Position numbers and translations under genes: made by a program. Source: Octopus sinensis (taxonomy: Eukaryota). From it: a DNA stretch of 64,000 nt. The DNA lies in NCBI RefSeq assembly GCF_006345805.1, contig NW_021833014.1, positions 1 to 64,000 on the forward strand, given 5' to 3'. Below are positions 10,401 to 21,039 of the stretch, one piece after another (within the stretch, counting starts at the first letter, position 1; the number at the start of each line of letters is the position of its first letter). The notes beneath the pieces were generated by a model, which was not told where the DNA came from, ran no database searches, and was given only the letters and a program-made list of their open reading frames with translations.

Positions 10401-10630
10401 CGTATTTATACCCCTGATGACTAAGGAGGCCGATTCTTGCATGGAGGCGTCTGTTGCAAAGTTCACAAGGGATCCGTAATGGAGGTTTTGGTTATTGCAG
10501 CCTCCATTTTCTTTCTGTCATTCAGCTTCAAAATGATCCGTCACAATGGAGATGAAATGATCCCAGCTGGGCCTGTCCTGATCTTCAGTGGCCCAGGCTT
10601 TCATAAATAGTAAATCAGTTTTTAAATAAA

Positions 10631-11023
10631 CTAGCAGTATCGCCCGGCGTTGCTCGGGTTTGTTTCGACCCTTTAGAATTGGAATTTTTGAAAAGTAAAA
10701 ATTTTGCATTATGTAGCTTGTTATTCTCTTTAAGTGAACATTTTTCTGGTTGAAATACACCGGTTGAAAATGGCGACACAGCAGTCAAAAAATCGTAAAA
10801 ATAGGGATTTTCATAGAAAAAAAGCACCTTTTTGAAGTAAATAATTTTTGGTGTTAACATGGTCTGATTGGAATTTTTTCTTCTACGGAAGGAAGAGCAA
10901 GCCTTCTTCTATCATACTCTCAATTTTGGTCAACTTGTGCCGCAGGGTCTCGGATGAGATAGTGTTAGTTGAAGGCTACCAAACCTGCATTACACAGACT
11001 TCAGCTTTATATACAGAGAGAGA
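10631..11023 (-). mobile_element. Non-autonomous Helitron (~390 bp)
   Basis: Minus strand starts A|TCTCTCTCTGTATATAAAG and ends with hairpin CCCGAGCAACGCCGGG followed by ...CTAG|T (A|T insertion site). Confidence 0.8.
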
Positions 11024-11084
11024 TAATTTTTTTCTCCAGGCATGGTTGTGTGGTGCTCAGTTTCTGTCTTAAAAAAAAAAAAAA

Positions 11085-11202
11085 TCTCCCACAAAGCATT
11101 GATCGGCCCAGGGCTTTAATACAAGACACTTGGCCAAAGTGACACAGTGGGACTGAACCTAAAGCCATATAGTTGCAATGCAAGCGTTTGAACCACACAG
11201 CC
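11085..11202 (-). mobile_element. tRNA-derived SINE head (family A)
   Basis: Minus strand GGCTGTGTGGTT...GGTTCAGTCCCACTG matches copies at 16733 and 16930. Confidence 0.75.
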
Positions 11203-12574
11203 ATTTTCCTCCTTTTTTTTTAGTTATTTGTTATTTGGTCAAAATATCTAAACTTGGGGTAGAGGCACATCGATGAGGTTGTGAATAGCAATGAAAGGAC
11301 TTTAAGAAACCTAGCTGATTAATTGATTGACTGAGCAATTAATCAGCCAGTTAATTAGCTAAATGATTAACTAATCAATTAATAATAGAAGTGAAATATA
11401 ACCGTGTGTGTGTTTTACTAGTATTGGCTTAATGACCCTCCCAGATACAACAAAATCTGTTCCAACAAGATTTTGCATCAATAATCTTGCAAACCAAATA
11501 CAAAAACTAAATATCCAAATTTGAAGAACAGTGCCAAAACACGATCCAGTGAAAGGCAGAATGCAAGAATGTAGCGACGTTTCCAAAGACAGATTAATGT
11601 GAAACATTAAGTAATTCACTGCACCTGACTAAACTTGTTCTTCTTCAGTGTAATTTATTTGAAATTGGTGCCAGATTTATTGAAAATGTGTGAATGACAA
11701 GAGACAAAAGTTAGGATACAAAAATAATTTATTGGATTTGCAAATACAATTATTATTATTGTAGATATTTAAGAAAGTCTAGAATGCTAAGAGATTGAAG
11801 GCAGTATATTAAAATATGTAGGCTATCAAATATTGTTAAATTAAACTTGCAGTTATTTAAGAAAGAAAAGAATATTAGGCTTATACATAAATTTGTCATG
11901 AAATCATTAAAAATAATTCAAAGAACCCAAGAAGTTTTAGAGACCAATTTTAATAACAAATATTAAAAGCTTAAAGATTTGGATAAGAAGCTATTATCTC
12001 CAAACTTTTAACAAAACACCAAGAATCTTGAAAAATTGCCCAATGGTTTTACTTAGAATAGTAAAAATTGTGCCATAAAAAACACAAAAACTGTCAGGAT
12101 TAACATTCAGATATCCTGTCAAAATTTTAAAAATCAATTAAAATTAATACAAGCTTGTTCCCAGTTCAAATCTCTTTTAAGCTGTAAAGCTATTTATGTA
12201 TTTTGCCATGATGAAAATTTTTCGCTGTAGGTAAAAAGGTGTAACTACATCAAGTCAGCTCAGAGCATCACTTTTGCCAGATTGTTGGATGCAGACATTT
12301 TGGAGTGGTTACTTCCTCCTGTCAGTACCCAGCGTCTGTCTTTCTAGTCTCTGTTGCTGTAGAGGAGATAACCACTCTGAAATGCATCCATCCCAAAGTC
12401 TGGTCAGGTCATGCTGCAAACTGGGTCACAGTACTTACACCTATTTGTGTACAGGAGAAAAATTTTCTCTATGACAAAATACAGTGAATGGCCTTTTTTC
12501 TTTTTTTACAGGTTTGAGTATGCCTCAAACAGATTTGAACTGGTAACAAGTTTATATTATGTGAGGTGCATAGA

Positions 12575-12735
12575 TCATCGTCGTCATCATCATCATCGTT
12601 TAACATCCGCTTTCCATGCTGGCATGGGTTGGACGATTTGACTGAGGACTGACGAACCAGATGGCTACACCAGGCTCCAATCTGATCTGGCAGAGTTTCT
12701 TCAGCTGGATGACCTTCCAAATGCCAACCACTTTA
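12575..12735 (-). mobile_element. RTE 3' tail fragment
   Basis: (CAT)n CGTTTAACATCCGCTTTCCATGCTGGCATGGGTTGG. Confidence 0.85.
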
Positions 12736-12894
12736 CAGTGTGGACCAAAACACAAGAGGGACCTGTCCCACCATGTCAGTTCCCAGCATCTGTCTTTCTA
12801 GTCTCTTGTTGCTGTAGAGGAGATAACCACTCTGAAATGCATCCATCCCAAAGTCTGGTCAGGTCATGCAAACTGACTCACTGTACTTACACCT

Positions 12895-13070
12895 GGAAGC
12901 CATCTGCTCATGATACCAGAAGGTGCACACTCTCCTACCCTGATGTAATACAGGCATCCAGCAACAGGACCTCCGTAATGCTATGATGGACCGTGATAGT
13001 AATGCTATCATAAAATGCTATGATAGTAAATTCCATTGTCTCGACCACGGTCGAACAATAAAAAAGAACA
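12895..13070 (+). mobile_element. 3' end of a second RTE family (same family as 19736-20035)
   Basis: WKPSAHDTRRCTLSYPDV...; ends AATTCCATTGTCTCGACCACGGTCGAACAA. Confidence 0.7.
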
Positions 13071-13377
13071 AAAACCAGTTAACAACTTTGGTTCATCTTG
13101 TGTAGCTGGCATAACGTTACCTTAAAGCATATCTGCAACAATGTATATATTTTCCGCTTCTAAAAGATGTCAAATGTTGAAAAGTCTTGAAGTTGAAATG
13201 ACAAATTCTAACCTGTTTAAAATACTTCCTTTACCTGGTTTTTTGAGGGTGGTGGTGGAAATCCGCTAATTTGATAAAATCTTAAAGATCCTTTTTATAA
13301 ATGATGTCCCAATTACCTTTCAACTATGAAAAAATATAGTTCTAGCTACAGATTCTGTTAAGCATTTCAATGGCCAT

Positions 13378-13788
13378 TTTTTACATTTGACGGATATTTG
13401 TCCTCATCTTGTTTTTGTTAACACAATGTTTCAGCTGATATACCCTCCAGCCTTCATCAGGTGTCTTGGGGAAATTTTGGACCTGAGTTCTCATTCCCTA
13501 AGGTATTTTTCGATGTTATTATTATTATTCAGGTCACTGCTTGGAATCGAACTTGGAATCTTGAGGTTAGTAGCCCACGCTCTTAACCACTATGCCATAT
13601 GCCCATATAACAATAATGATAATAACATCGAAAAATACCTTAGGAATGAGACCCCAGGTTTGAAATTTCCCCAAGACACCTGATGAAGGCTGAAAGGTAT
13701 ATCAACTGTAATGTTGTGTTAACAACAAACAAGATGAGGACAAATATCCGTCAACTGTAAATAATTCATCTCTTAAATATAGAACTGT
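13378..13788. mobile_element. tRNA-headed element with inverted Penelope-type (hammerhead-bearing) arms
   Basis: Arms 13381-13529 and ~13607-13760 are reverse complements. The centre has an A box (TGGCATAGTGG) and B box (GTTCGATTCC) on the minus strand. A 14-bp direct repeat ATTTCAATGGCCAT lies at 13364-13377 and 13789-13802. Confidence 0.75.
13418..13468 (-). ncRNA. Minimal type I hammerhead-ribozyme-like motif (degenerate second copy on + at 13674-13720)
   Basis: Minus strand AGACAC-CUGAUGA-A-GGCUG-gaggguauau-CAGCU-GAAA-CAUU-GUGUU contains core CUGANGA/GAAA, stem II and stem I (GACAC/GUGUU). The two arms together imply an ancestral palindromic ACGU stem III. Confidence 0.65.
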
Positions 13789-13836
13789 ATTTCAATGGCC
13801 ATCAGGTATTCTACTAACACCACAGATTCTGTGGAA

Positions 13837-13952
13837 TCATCATCATCGTTTAACGTTCGCTATCCATGCTAGCATGGGTTGGACAATTTGACTGAGGTCT
13901 GGCGAACCAGATGGCTGCACCAGGCTCCAATCTTGATTTGGCAGAGTTTCTA
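13837..13952 (-). mobile_element. RTE 3' tail fragment
   Basis: (CAT)n CGTTTAACGTTCGCTATCCATGCTAGCATGGGTTGG. Confidence 0.85.
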
Positions 13953-14512
13953 GAATGTAAATTCTAAATAACATAGGTGAGAAAAAAAAAAATTATCTCT
14001 GTCTAAACCTGGTAAAACTTTTATACCATAAAAAAAATTCAAAGAAGCAGAAGGATATTTTAGTTATTATTTTAGATGTCTCTACTTTGAATATCAGAAA
14101 TCTAATAGTCATGTGATCAGGGCATATTTTCAAAATTGGAAAAAAGAAAAATAGCCAAGTCAAAAATTTTAATAGCAAGAGTAAAAAGTAAAATATTAAT
14201 GTAAACCAGATTCTTAAGCTCTCTTTTTTTTTTGTGGGTCAAATGGGCCTTTTACGATAAGTTGTATTCCCAGCAGCCTTTAAAATGAATTTTAGCAAAA
14301 GACCCAAAGCAGGAATGTGATGAAGACGAAACACCAAAATCCTTGGGTTTACAACAAACTGTGCTTAGGTAAGCAATGAAAGAGAGATAAATATAGCAAC
14401 GATAGCTTGAGCAAGTTTATTAAAGTATCAAGAGTGAAAAGAATAATGTGTAACATTGAAAGACTGATGACGTTAATTAAACTCAAACTGCACATGGTCC
14501 TAATTATGTTTA

Positions 14513-14547
<35 letters not shown>

Positions 14548-14720
14548 TCAAGTGAAATTAGTCTTTTTGAAGTACAGAGACAGATATTAAGAAATTTATA
14601 GGTTCGACAAAAATATGCATCAAATATGATGAAACAAAAAATGTGAGTAATTAGAATACAAGTGTTTATATGAAAGAAAAATAATTAACTTTCAAGTGTT
14701 CAGTCATTTTGAGAAGCTAT

Positions 14721-14783
14721 CTATGAAGGCGTTTCCCCTCTTTTGGAATTACAAAGGCAGCAGGCGAAGACGATGAGAAACAA
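14721..14783 (-). CDS. Tetraspanin coding exon 7 (end of TM4, C-tail): LFLIVFACCLCNSKRGETPS*
   Basis: Acceptor TTTCTATTTCAG|TTG; juxtamembrane CCLC palmitoylation cluster; TAG at 14723-14721. Confidence 0.9.
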   Translation of the reverse strand: MFLIVFACCLCNSKRGETPS

Positions 14784-14931
14784 CTGAAATAGAAATGGAA
14801 ATAAACAGGTGAACATACAGGCATCTCGTTAGACAAGCATCAACGTAAAAATAACAGGTGAATATACACAAGTCTCAGGATTAAATTCACAGAGTTGAAT
14901 ATATATAGTTATCAAGGTTAATAAGAGATGA

Positions 14932-15300
14932 CTAGCACTATGACCCGGCAACGCCGGGTCATAGTTCTAGTGCATGCATATACAGCTGCGTGCGTGCGCA
15001 CATACACGCGAGTACTGTCCAAATCTCCGACCAATCACATACAGCTAGCTGGCATTCAATTGGCGTATCAAGTTTCGGGCATTTTGATTGGGTTTTGGAT
15101 AGAAAATTCACAAAAAAGTCACTTCTGTTGAATTTTTTAATGGCTTTGTAGGGTGACTGGGGAAATGTAAAGATGTGCACGACCACCCTTGGACGGTTTT
15201 GAATGACCATTGAAAGTGCGAGCCCTCTAACTGAAAAATTGTGGTTTTGTATAAAGGACACACACACACACAGACATTTTGCCGTTTATATATAGAGAGA
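14932..15300 (-). mobile_element. Non-autonomous Helitron (~370 bp) in intron 6
   Basis: Minus strand starts A|TCTCTCTATATATAAACGG; perfect 12-bp stem CTATGACCCGGC/GCCGGGTCATAG (14938-14964); ends CTAG|T. Confidence 0.82.
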
Positions 15301-15862
15301 TATCAATACATAGGCATCAACACATGCTCGTGTATTATTTATTTTTAAAAAATGGGGGGGGGGTGAGGAAACTGCACGTATGTTACATAACTTAGAAGCA
15401 GCGGTGCGGATGTGCCAGCACACACAAGCTTGAGACATGGCTGCCCTCATGCACTTCTCACGAGGAATTCCGGAAGGAGCTTCGTGAGACAAGTGCAGAA
15501 ACACTCCGGGGGGAGGGGGGGGAACAGAAAACTGTTCAAAAATCAATTATAGCCGTGACTTGATCAATCCCTATGGACATCTGAAAAAGGGATTTTTATA
15601 TTCCGAAATATTACATCAGACTATGGATGGTTAAATTACAACGGTTATTCTAGTGCATTGTTGTGCCATTCAAGACACATCATTTTTTACAAACAATACA
15701 CAATGCTTCAAGCAAACTACAAGACTCTCCTAGAGGCATCAAAGTAAATCCACAGAGCTTACAGCATCCAAAGATGCTAGGAGATAACATTTTCAGAGCT
15801 TGTACTAAAGTGGTGCCCAGCCCAAACATCAGTAAAGTCCGAACAAGCTACCAAACCATATC

Positions 15863-15967
15863 ATGAGTATAGTAGAAGACACTTGCCCAAGGTGCCATGC
15901 AGTGGAACTGAACCCAAAGCCATGTGGTTGGTAAGCAAGCTACTTACCACACAGCCACTCCTGCGCC
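15863..15967 (-). mobile_element. tRNA-derived SINE head (family A)
   Basis: Reverse complement of GGCGCAGGAGTGGCTGTGTGGTAAGTAGC...GGGTTCAGTTCCACTGC. Confidence 0.8.
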
Positions 15968-16112
15968 TGTACGGCACATGGCGCCACGCAAGTGTTTTCA
16001 CTTGGCACCGACACAGGACTCTTAAAGATCAATCCTTTTCACCTGGGGGAGCAGCCTTAACAATTCTGCTGTGGTGGAAGGGTCTTCTTGAATACTTTAC
16101 AGCAATGCTTAC

Positions 16113-16114
<2 letters not shown>

Positions 16115-16145
<31 letters not shown>

Positions 16146-16182
16146 GTGTGTGTGTGTGTGTGTGGTGTGTGTGTGTGTGTGT
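16115..16182. repeat. (GT)n microsatellite
   Basis: Direct observation. Confidence 0.95.
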
Positions 16183-16276
16183 ATGTAACAAATGAGAGAA
16201 AAAGAAAATAGAATTCTCAAGATCCTTTATTAACAATTGCTTCAACACACCTTGCATTGGTCTCTCGCAGGTATAT

Positions 16277-16690
16277 CATCATCATCATCCAGTGTTTTAA
16301 ATCTGGGTTTTGTCTCTGTTAATGGGGGTGGTCGGATCTACTTCAATGCCATAGCAACCACCCTCACACCATCTCACCCTGTTTTGGGTGTCCTCCCTTT
16401 TCAAGCCAACCCTCCCTTATCTCCTCCTCCACCTGTCCCCTCCACGTTTTCATCAGTTTACCTCGCTTTCGCTGTCCATTTACCTCCAATTCAAGCACCC
16501 TCCTCATCCCCCCCCTCAACATATGCCCCCATACCACTGCACTCCATTCGCCCTTGCCAGCCATTCCACTCATTCCTCCAACCCCAGCATCCCCCATCAA
16601 ATCCTCAGTCCTCCTCTCATCAAACAGCTTCACACCACACATTTCTCTCACCATTGCTCTCTCGGTCCTCCTAAAAATTTCCATCTCTCT
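16277..16690 (-). mobile_element. 3' remnant of a third RTE family
   Basis: ORF 16364-16732 has RRTERAMVREMCGVKL...GHMLR...KRGKLMKTWRGQVEEE; (GAT)n tail at 16277-16290. A related fragment lies at ~63484-63600. Confidence 0.75.
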
Positions 16691-16732
16691 CTCCCTCAAA
16701 CACCCAACTCTAAAATAATTATTTATATACAA

Positions 16733-16895
16733 GGCGCAGGCGTGGCTGTGTAGTAAGTAGCTTGCTTACCAACCACACGGTTCCGGGTTCAGTCCCACTG
16801 CATGGCATCTTGGGCAAATGTCTTCTGCTATAGCCTTGGGCCGACCAATACCTTGTGAGTGGATTTGGTAGACGGAAACTGAAAGAAGACTGTCG

Positions 16896-16929
<34 letters not shown>

Positions 16930-17133
16930 GGGGCATGGCTGTGTGGTTAGGGAGCTTGCTTCCTAGCTACATGGTTTCGGGTTCAGTCCCACTGCGTGGC
17001 ACTTTGGGTAGGTGTCTTCTGCTATAGCCCCGAGCCGACCGAAGCTTTGTGATTGAATTCGGCAGGCGGAAGTTACTGCCGTGTGTGTATATGTGCGTGT
17101 AGGTGCTTGTGCCTCTCCGAAAGAGAGAGGGAT

Positions 17134-17196
<63 letters not shown>

Positions 17197-17410
17197 ATAT
17201 GTTTGTGTGTCTGTGTTTGTCCCCCCACCATCGCTTGACAACCGATGCTGGTGTGTTTACATACCCGTCACTTAGCGGTTCGGCAAAAAGACACCGCTAG
17301 AATAAGTACTGGGCTTACAAAGAATAAGTCCCGGGGTTGATTTGCTCGACTAAAGGTGGTGCTCCAGCATGGCCGCAGTCAAATGACTGAAACAAGTAAA
17401 AGAGTAAGTA
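16733..17410 (+). mobile_element. Two tandem tRNA-derived SINEs (family A): truncated copy 16733-16929 ending in (TA)n, near-complete copy 16930-17410 with internal (TA)n
   Basis: Both start GG..(G/C)(A/G)TGGCTGTGT(A/G)GT and carry GGTTCAGTCCCACTGC; the second ends GACTGAAACAAGTAAAAGAGTAA. Confidence 0.8.
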
Positions 17411-17568
17411 GGGTGTGATGGGTAAATTGTCACCATTTTATATTTTCAATTCACACATTGTTTTTGATTTTTGTCAACTACACAGCATAGTAGGGTTAGT
17501 TGGGCACCGTCTGTAAGAAAAAGAGCTTGGTAACAAAAGGGTTAAGAAATTCAAAAGTGAGAACATAC

Positions 17569-17661
17569 CTGCACCACAATAATAACGATGGCAATACCAA
17601 TGGCTGTAGGGAGATTTATTTCGATAGTTTCTTTAACTTTTGTATAACAGCCTGGCCAATC
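17569..17661 (-). CDS. Tetraspanin coding exon 6: DWPGCYTKVKETIEINLPTAIGIAIVIIVVQ
   Basis: TCTTCAG|GAT ... CAG|GTATGT; 93 nt; conserved GC motif before TM4. Confidence 0.92.
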
Positions 17662-17904
17662 CTGAAGATATAAATTTATTATTATTATTATTATTAGAGA
17701 CAGAAGCAACAACATCAATCTGCTTGTAATGATATTCTCAGCTGCTTTTCTTGGAATATTTACTAATCTATTTACACAGCTAAAACAACATTTAATAATC
17801 AACTTATGATAGAAATTCAAAAATGTTCTCTCTTTGTTCTAATATTGGTTTCAGATTTTGGAACCAAAATTGGAATTCAACAGTTAAAAGAGATATAGTT
17901 GAAT

Positions 17905-18570
17905 ATTCCTTTCTACTATAGGCACACAGCATGAAACTTTGGGGGGAGGGAGCCATTTGATTACATCGACCTCCAGTGCGTAACTGGTACGTATTTCATC
18001 GACCCTGAAAGGATGAAAGGCAAATTCGACCTTGGCGGAATTTGAACTCAGAACATAACCGCAGACAAAGTATTTCACCCGGTATGCTAACATTTCTTAT
18101 TTCTTTACTACCCACAAGGGGCTAAACACAGAGAGGACAAACAAGGACAGACAAACGGATTAAGTCGATTACATCGACCCCAGTGCATAACTGGTACTTG
18201 TTTAATCGATCCCGAAAGGATGAAAGGCAAAGTCGACCTCGGTAGAATTTGAACTCAGAACGTAGTGACAGAAGAAATACCGCTTGGCATTTCGCTCGGC
18301 ATGCTAACGATTCTGCCAGCTCGCTGCCTTGTTATAATTAAATTTTACAATGCATTTAATCTAATGCTCTGATGAGTGTTAGGTTAAATTTCAAGGAAGG
18401 GGTAAAATGATTTTACCAAGTCAAGTGCGCAACTGTTGTTTATTTTATTAACATCAAAAAGATGCAAGATAAAAAAAAAATCAACCTCAGCAGAATTTGA
18501 ACTCAGAACATAAAGACAGACGAAACGCCATTTAGCATTTGCCCAGCATTTTAACAATTCTGCCAGCTCA
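17905..18570 (-). mobile_element. Cluster of three tRNA-derived SINEs (family B)
   Basis: Repeated GAAAGGATGAAAGGCAAAGTCGACCTCGG(C/T)GGAATTTGAACTCAGAAC; reverse complement of the plus copy at 59950-60275. Confidence 0.8.
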
Positions 18571-18760
18571 CAGAAATGGTTTGAATGATTAACAAGCTTA
18601 CTGTTTCCCAACAATGTGTTTCTAGGTTCAATCTCATGGCACAGAACCTGGGGCAAGTGTTTTTTGAACAGCCTGAAGCTTCACCTGCAATTTGATTCGG
18701 GGGTTTCAATAGGAAGGGGAAAACAGTGCAGACATCAGTCACGTGTGTGTGTTTCACCAG

Positions 18761-19450
18761 TCATCATCATCATCGTTTAACGTCCGTTTTCCGTGCTAGC
18801 ATGGGTTGGATGGTTCAACCGGGGTCTGGGAAGCCAGAAGGCTGCACCAGGCTCCAGTCTGATCTGGCAGTGTTTCTACAGCTGGATGCCCTTCCTAACG
18901 CCAACCACGCCATGAATGTAGTGATTGCTTTTTACGTGCCAGGGGAGGCTGGCAACAGCCACGATCAGTTGGTGGTTTTTACATGCCACCAGCACAGGTG
19001 CCAGGGAAGGCTGGCAATGGCCAAGATCGGATGGAGCTTTTTACGTGCCATGGGAGGCTGGCAATGCCCACGATCGGTTGGTGCTTTTTACGTGCCACCG
19101 GCATAGGTGCCAGGGGAGGCTGGCAATGGGCACGATCGGTTGGTAGTTTTTACGTGACACCAGTACAGAAGCCAGGGTAGGCTGGCAATGGCCACGATCG
19201 GTTGGTAGTTTTTACGTGACACCAGTACAGAAGCCAGGGTAGGCTGGCAATGGCCACGACTGGTTGGTGCTTTTTACATGCCACCAGCACAGGTGCCAGG
19301 GGAGGCTGGCAATGCCCACGATCGGTTGTTGGCTTTTACGTGCGACCAACACGGAAACCAGTGAAGGCGGCACTGGCATCGACCACGTACGGATGGTGCT
19401 TTTTACATGCCACCAGCACAGAAGGAAGCCAGTCAAGGCGGCACTGGCAG
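18761..19450 (-). mobile_element. RTE 3' tail with an expanded VNTR (~8 units) in intron 5
   Basis: (CAT)n tail followed by GGCTGGCAATGGCCACGATCGGTTGGTGCTTTTTACGTGCC units; near-exact unit duplication at ~19130-19260. Confidence 0.9.
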
Positions 19451-19735
19451 TATTAAAAAATACAAAAATCAAAAAAAAAATCGGTGCATTTAAACAGAAA
19501 TACACTGCATTTATTCTGTCACTTGCCATTAGAAATGCAGCAAGCCAGTAGTTGGCAACTTAAATGTAAGCATTACTGACTCCGTACTGTTTAACGTCCA
19601 CCTTCCATGTTAGCATGGGTGGGGCACTTTCACAAGAGCCAGCCAGGCAGAAGCCAGCACCAGACTTCTGTGACTGTTTTGGCAGGATTTTTACAGCTGA
19701 ATGCCCCTCCTAACACCAACCACTCATGGAAGCGT

Positions 19736-20035
19736 CATCCAACCAAAGTACAAATATATGGGAAGTTACCACCTGTATCATCTCTTGTGAAAGGTAGAAG
19801 AGTCCAGTTTGCTGGACATTGTTGTAGGGCTGAAAACAAGGTAATTCCTACTCTTCTCCTCTGGAAGCCATCTGCTCGTGATACCAGGGGGCGCACACTC
19901 TCCTACCCTGATGTAATCTCCAGGGATACAGGCATCCAGCAACAGGACCTCCGTAATGCCATGATGGACCGTGAAGTCTGGCGTAGCATGGTAAATTCCA
20001 TTGTCTCGACCACGGCAGAACAATGATGATTAACT
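19736..20035 (+). mobile_element. 3' end of the second RTE family, fused to a minus-strand tail fragment (19590-19735)
   Basis: RRVQFAGHCCR...LLLWKPSARDTRGRTLSYPDVISRDTG...DREVWRSMVNSIVSTTAEQ* followed by TGATGA. Confidence 0.8.
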
Positions 20036-20089
20036 GGTAATGGAACAGTAACTGTGTATTGTTGTATATATCTTGGACCTTGCCACCTC

Positions 20090-20310
20090 ATTGGTTTTTT
20101 TCCAAGAGTTTCACTTCTGGAACTCACAAACATACTTTCAGGCTTGTCAGTTGTCACATATGTGACATGGTGCCAAAGATCCCAACATCACCATCAAAAT
20201 ATAGGACCAGACACTGCAACAGCTTGGGTTTCAGAGGACCACAGCTCTTCAATATCCTTCCTAAATGCCTGAGAGACCTTCACGGTGTGGATGTGGGTTT
20301 CTTTAAGACC
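20090..20310 (+). mobile_element. CR1-like LINE 3' remnant
   Basis: NSLGFRGPQLFNILPKCLRDL resembles the CR1-group C-terminal FN.LP motif. Confidence 0.55.
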
Positions 20311-20636
20311 GTGAGGTCTGGCGTAATATAGTAAATACCATTGTCTCGACCACAGTCGAACAATGATGAGGATGCTTTTTATATAGCACAGGAAAGGTCA
20401 GTAGTGCTTTTTACGTGGCACAAGCACAGTCGAGAGGAGTGGTACTTTTTATGTGACACAGGCAAAAAACTTACAAAAATTAACTGAAACAGGAATATAT
20501 CAACAACAATCCTTATGTATAGAGTTCAAAGTATTACAGTCAAGAAGAAAAAATACCTGTAACATGGATGATTTAACTTTAAAATCTGATAAATTTATCA
20601 TTTTGTACTGAGATTCAGTTAACTGGCTTCCCTTAA

Positions 20637-20857
20637 CCCTTTAGTATTTAAACCGGCCATTTCCGGCCCAAATATTCTACATGCTTTTATGTTCAGACTG
20701 GCCATATTCAGCCTCTAACACCTACCCTACAATGTCATTCTAAAAATGAGCAACCACATCATCAAAATCTTAAAGCTACAAGATAATGCATGATTACTTC
20801 AAAACAGTGGGAATCAAAAAGCATTAAATTTGATGGAGTACTCTGAGTATTAAAGGG
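20637..20857. mobile_element. piggyBac-type MITE (221 bp)
   Basis: TTAA|CCCTTTAGTA ... TATTAAAGGG|TTAA. Confidence 0.8.
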
Positions 20858-20973
20858 TTAAATAACATCCTCCTCACACATGGGGTTTCTTAAAATAATA
20901 TAAAAATTATTTTCACTTCTTCATAATGGTGTAAACTTAAATTTTCTGTAAATTTTCCAAAAACAAGTCTTAC

Positions 20974-21039
20974 CATATTGTCACACCTGAAATTGTATTT
21001 AGCTACGTCTTCTGGCTTGTCAATACCACAACAACTGTT
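20974..21039 (-). CDS. Tetraspanin coding exon 5: NSCCGIDKPEDVAKYNFRCDNM
   Basis: TTTTTCCAG|AAC ... ATG|GTAAGA; 66 nt; contains the diagnostic CCG motif. Confidence 0.92.

Noticed and set aside
12320-12894. ~122-bp direct repeat (12320-12442, 12774-12894), each beginning with a GTAAGT donor-like motif on the minus strand
   Set aside because: No convincing exon or open frame could be attached; probably a local duplication or fragment of an unrecognised repeat.
13535-13604. Possible tRNA gene (anticodon loop CT-ACT-AA)
   Set aside because: A and B boxes are present but I cannot form a proper acceptor stem and it is fused to a repeat body; treated as a SINE head.
14416-14421. AATAAA on the minus strand ~300 nt after the tetraspanin stop
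   Set aside because: Plausible poly(A) signal, but AT-rich DNA yields such hexamers by chance; needs 3'-end data.
15445-15500. GC-rich hairpin TGCACTTCTCACGAG...TCGTGAGACAAGTGCA flanked by G runs
   Set aside because: Single imperfect stem with no second copy in the window and no recognisable RNA family; insufficient support.
20475-20556. 82-nt hydrophobic-looking candidate exon in intron 5 (YFFFLTVIL...)
   Set aside because: Stops in all three frames and not a multiple of 3; the true TM3 exon was found at 59222-59296.
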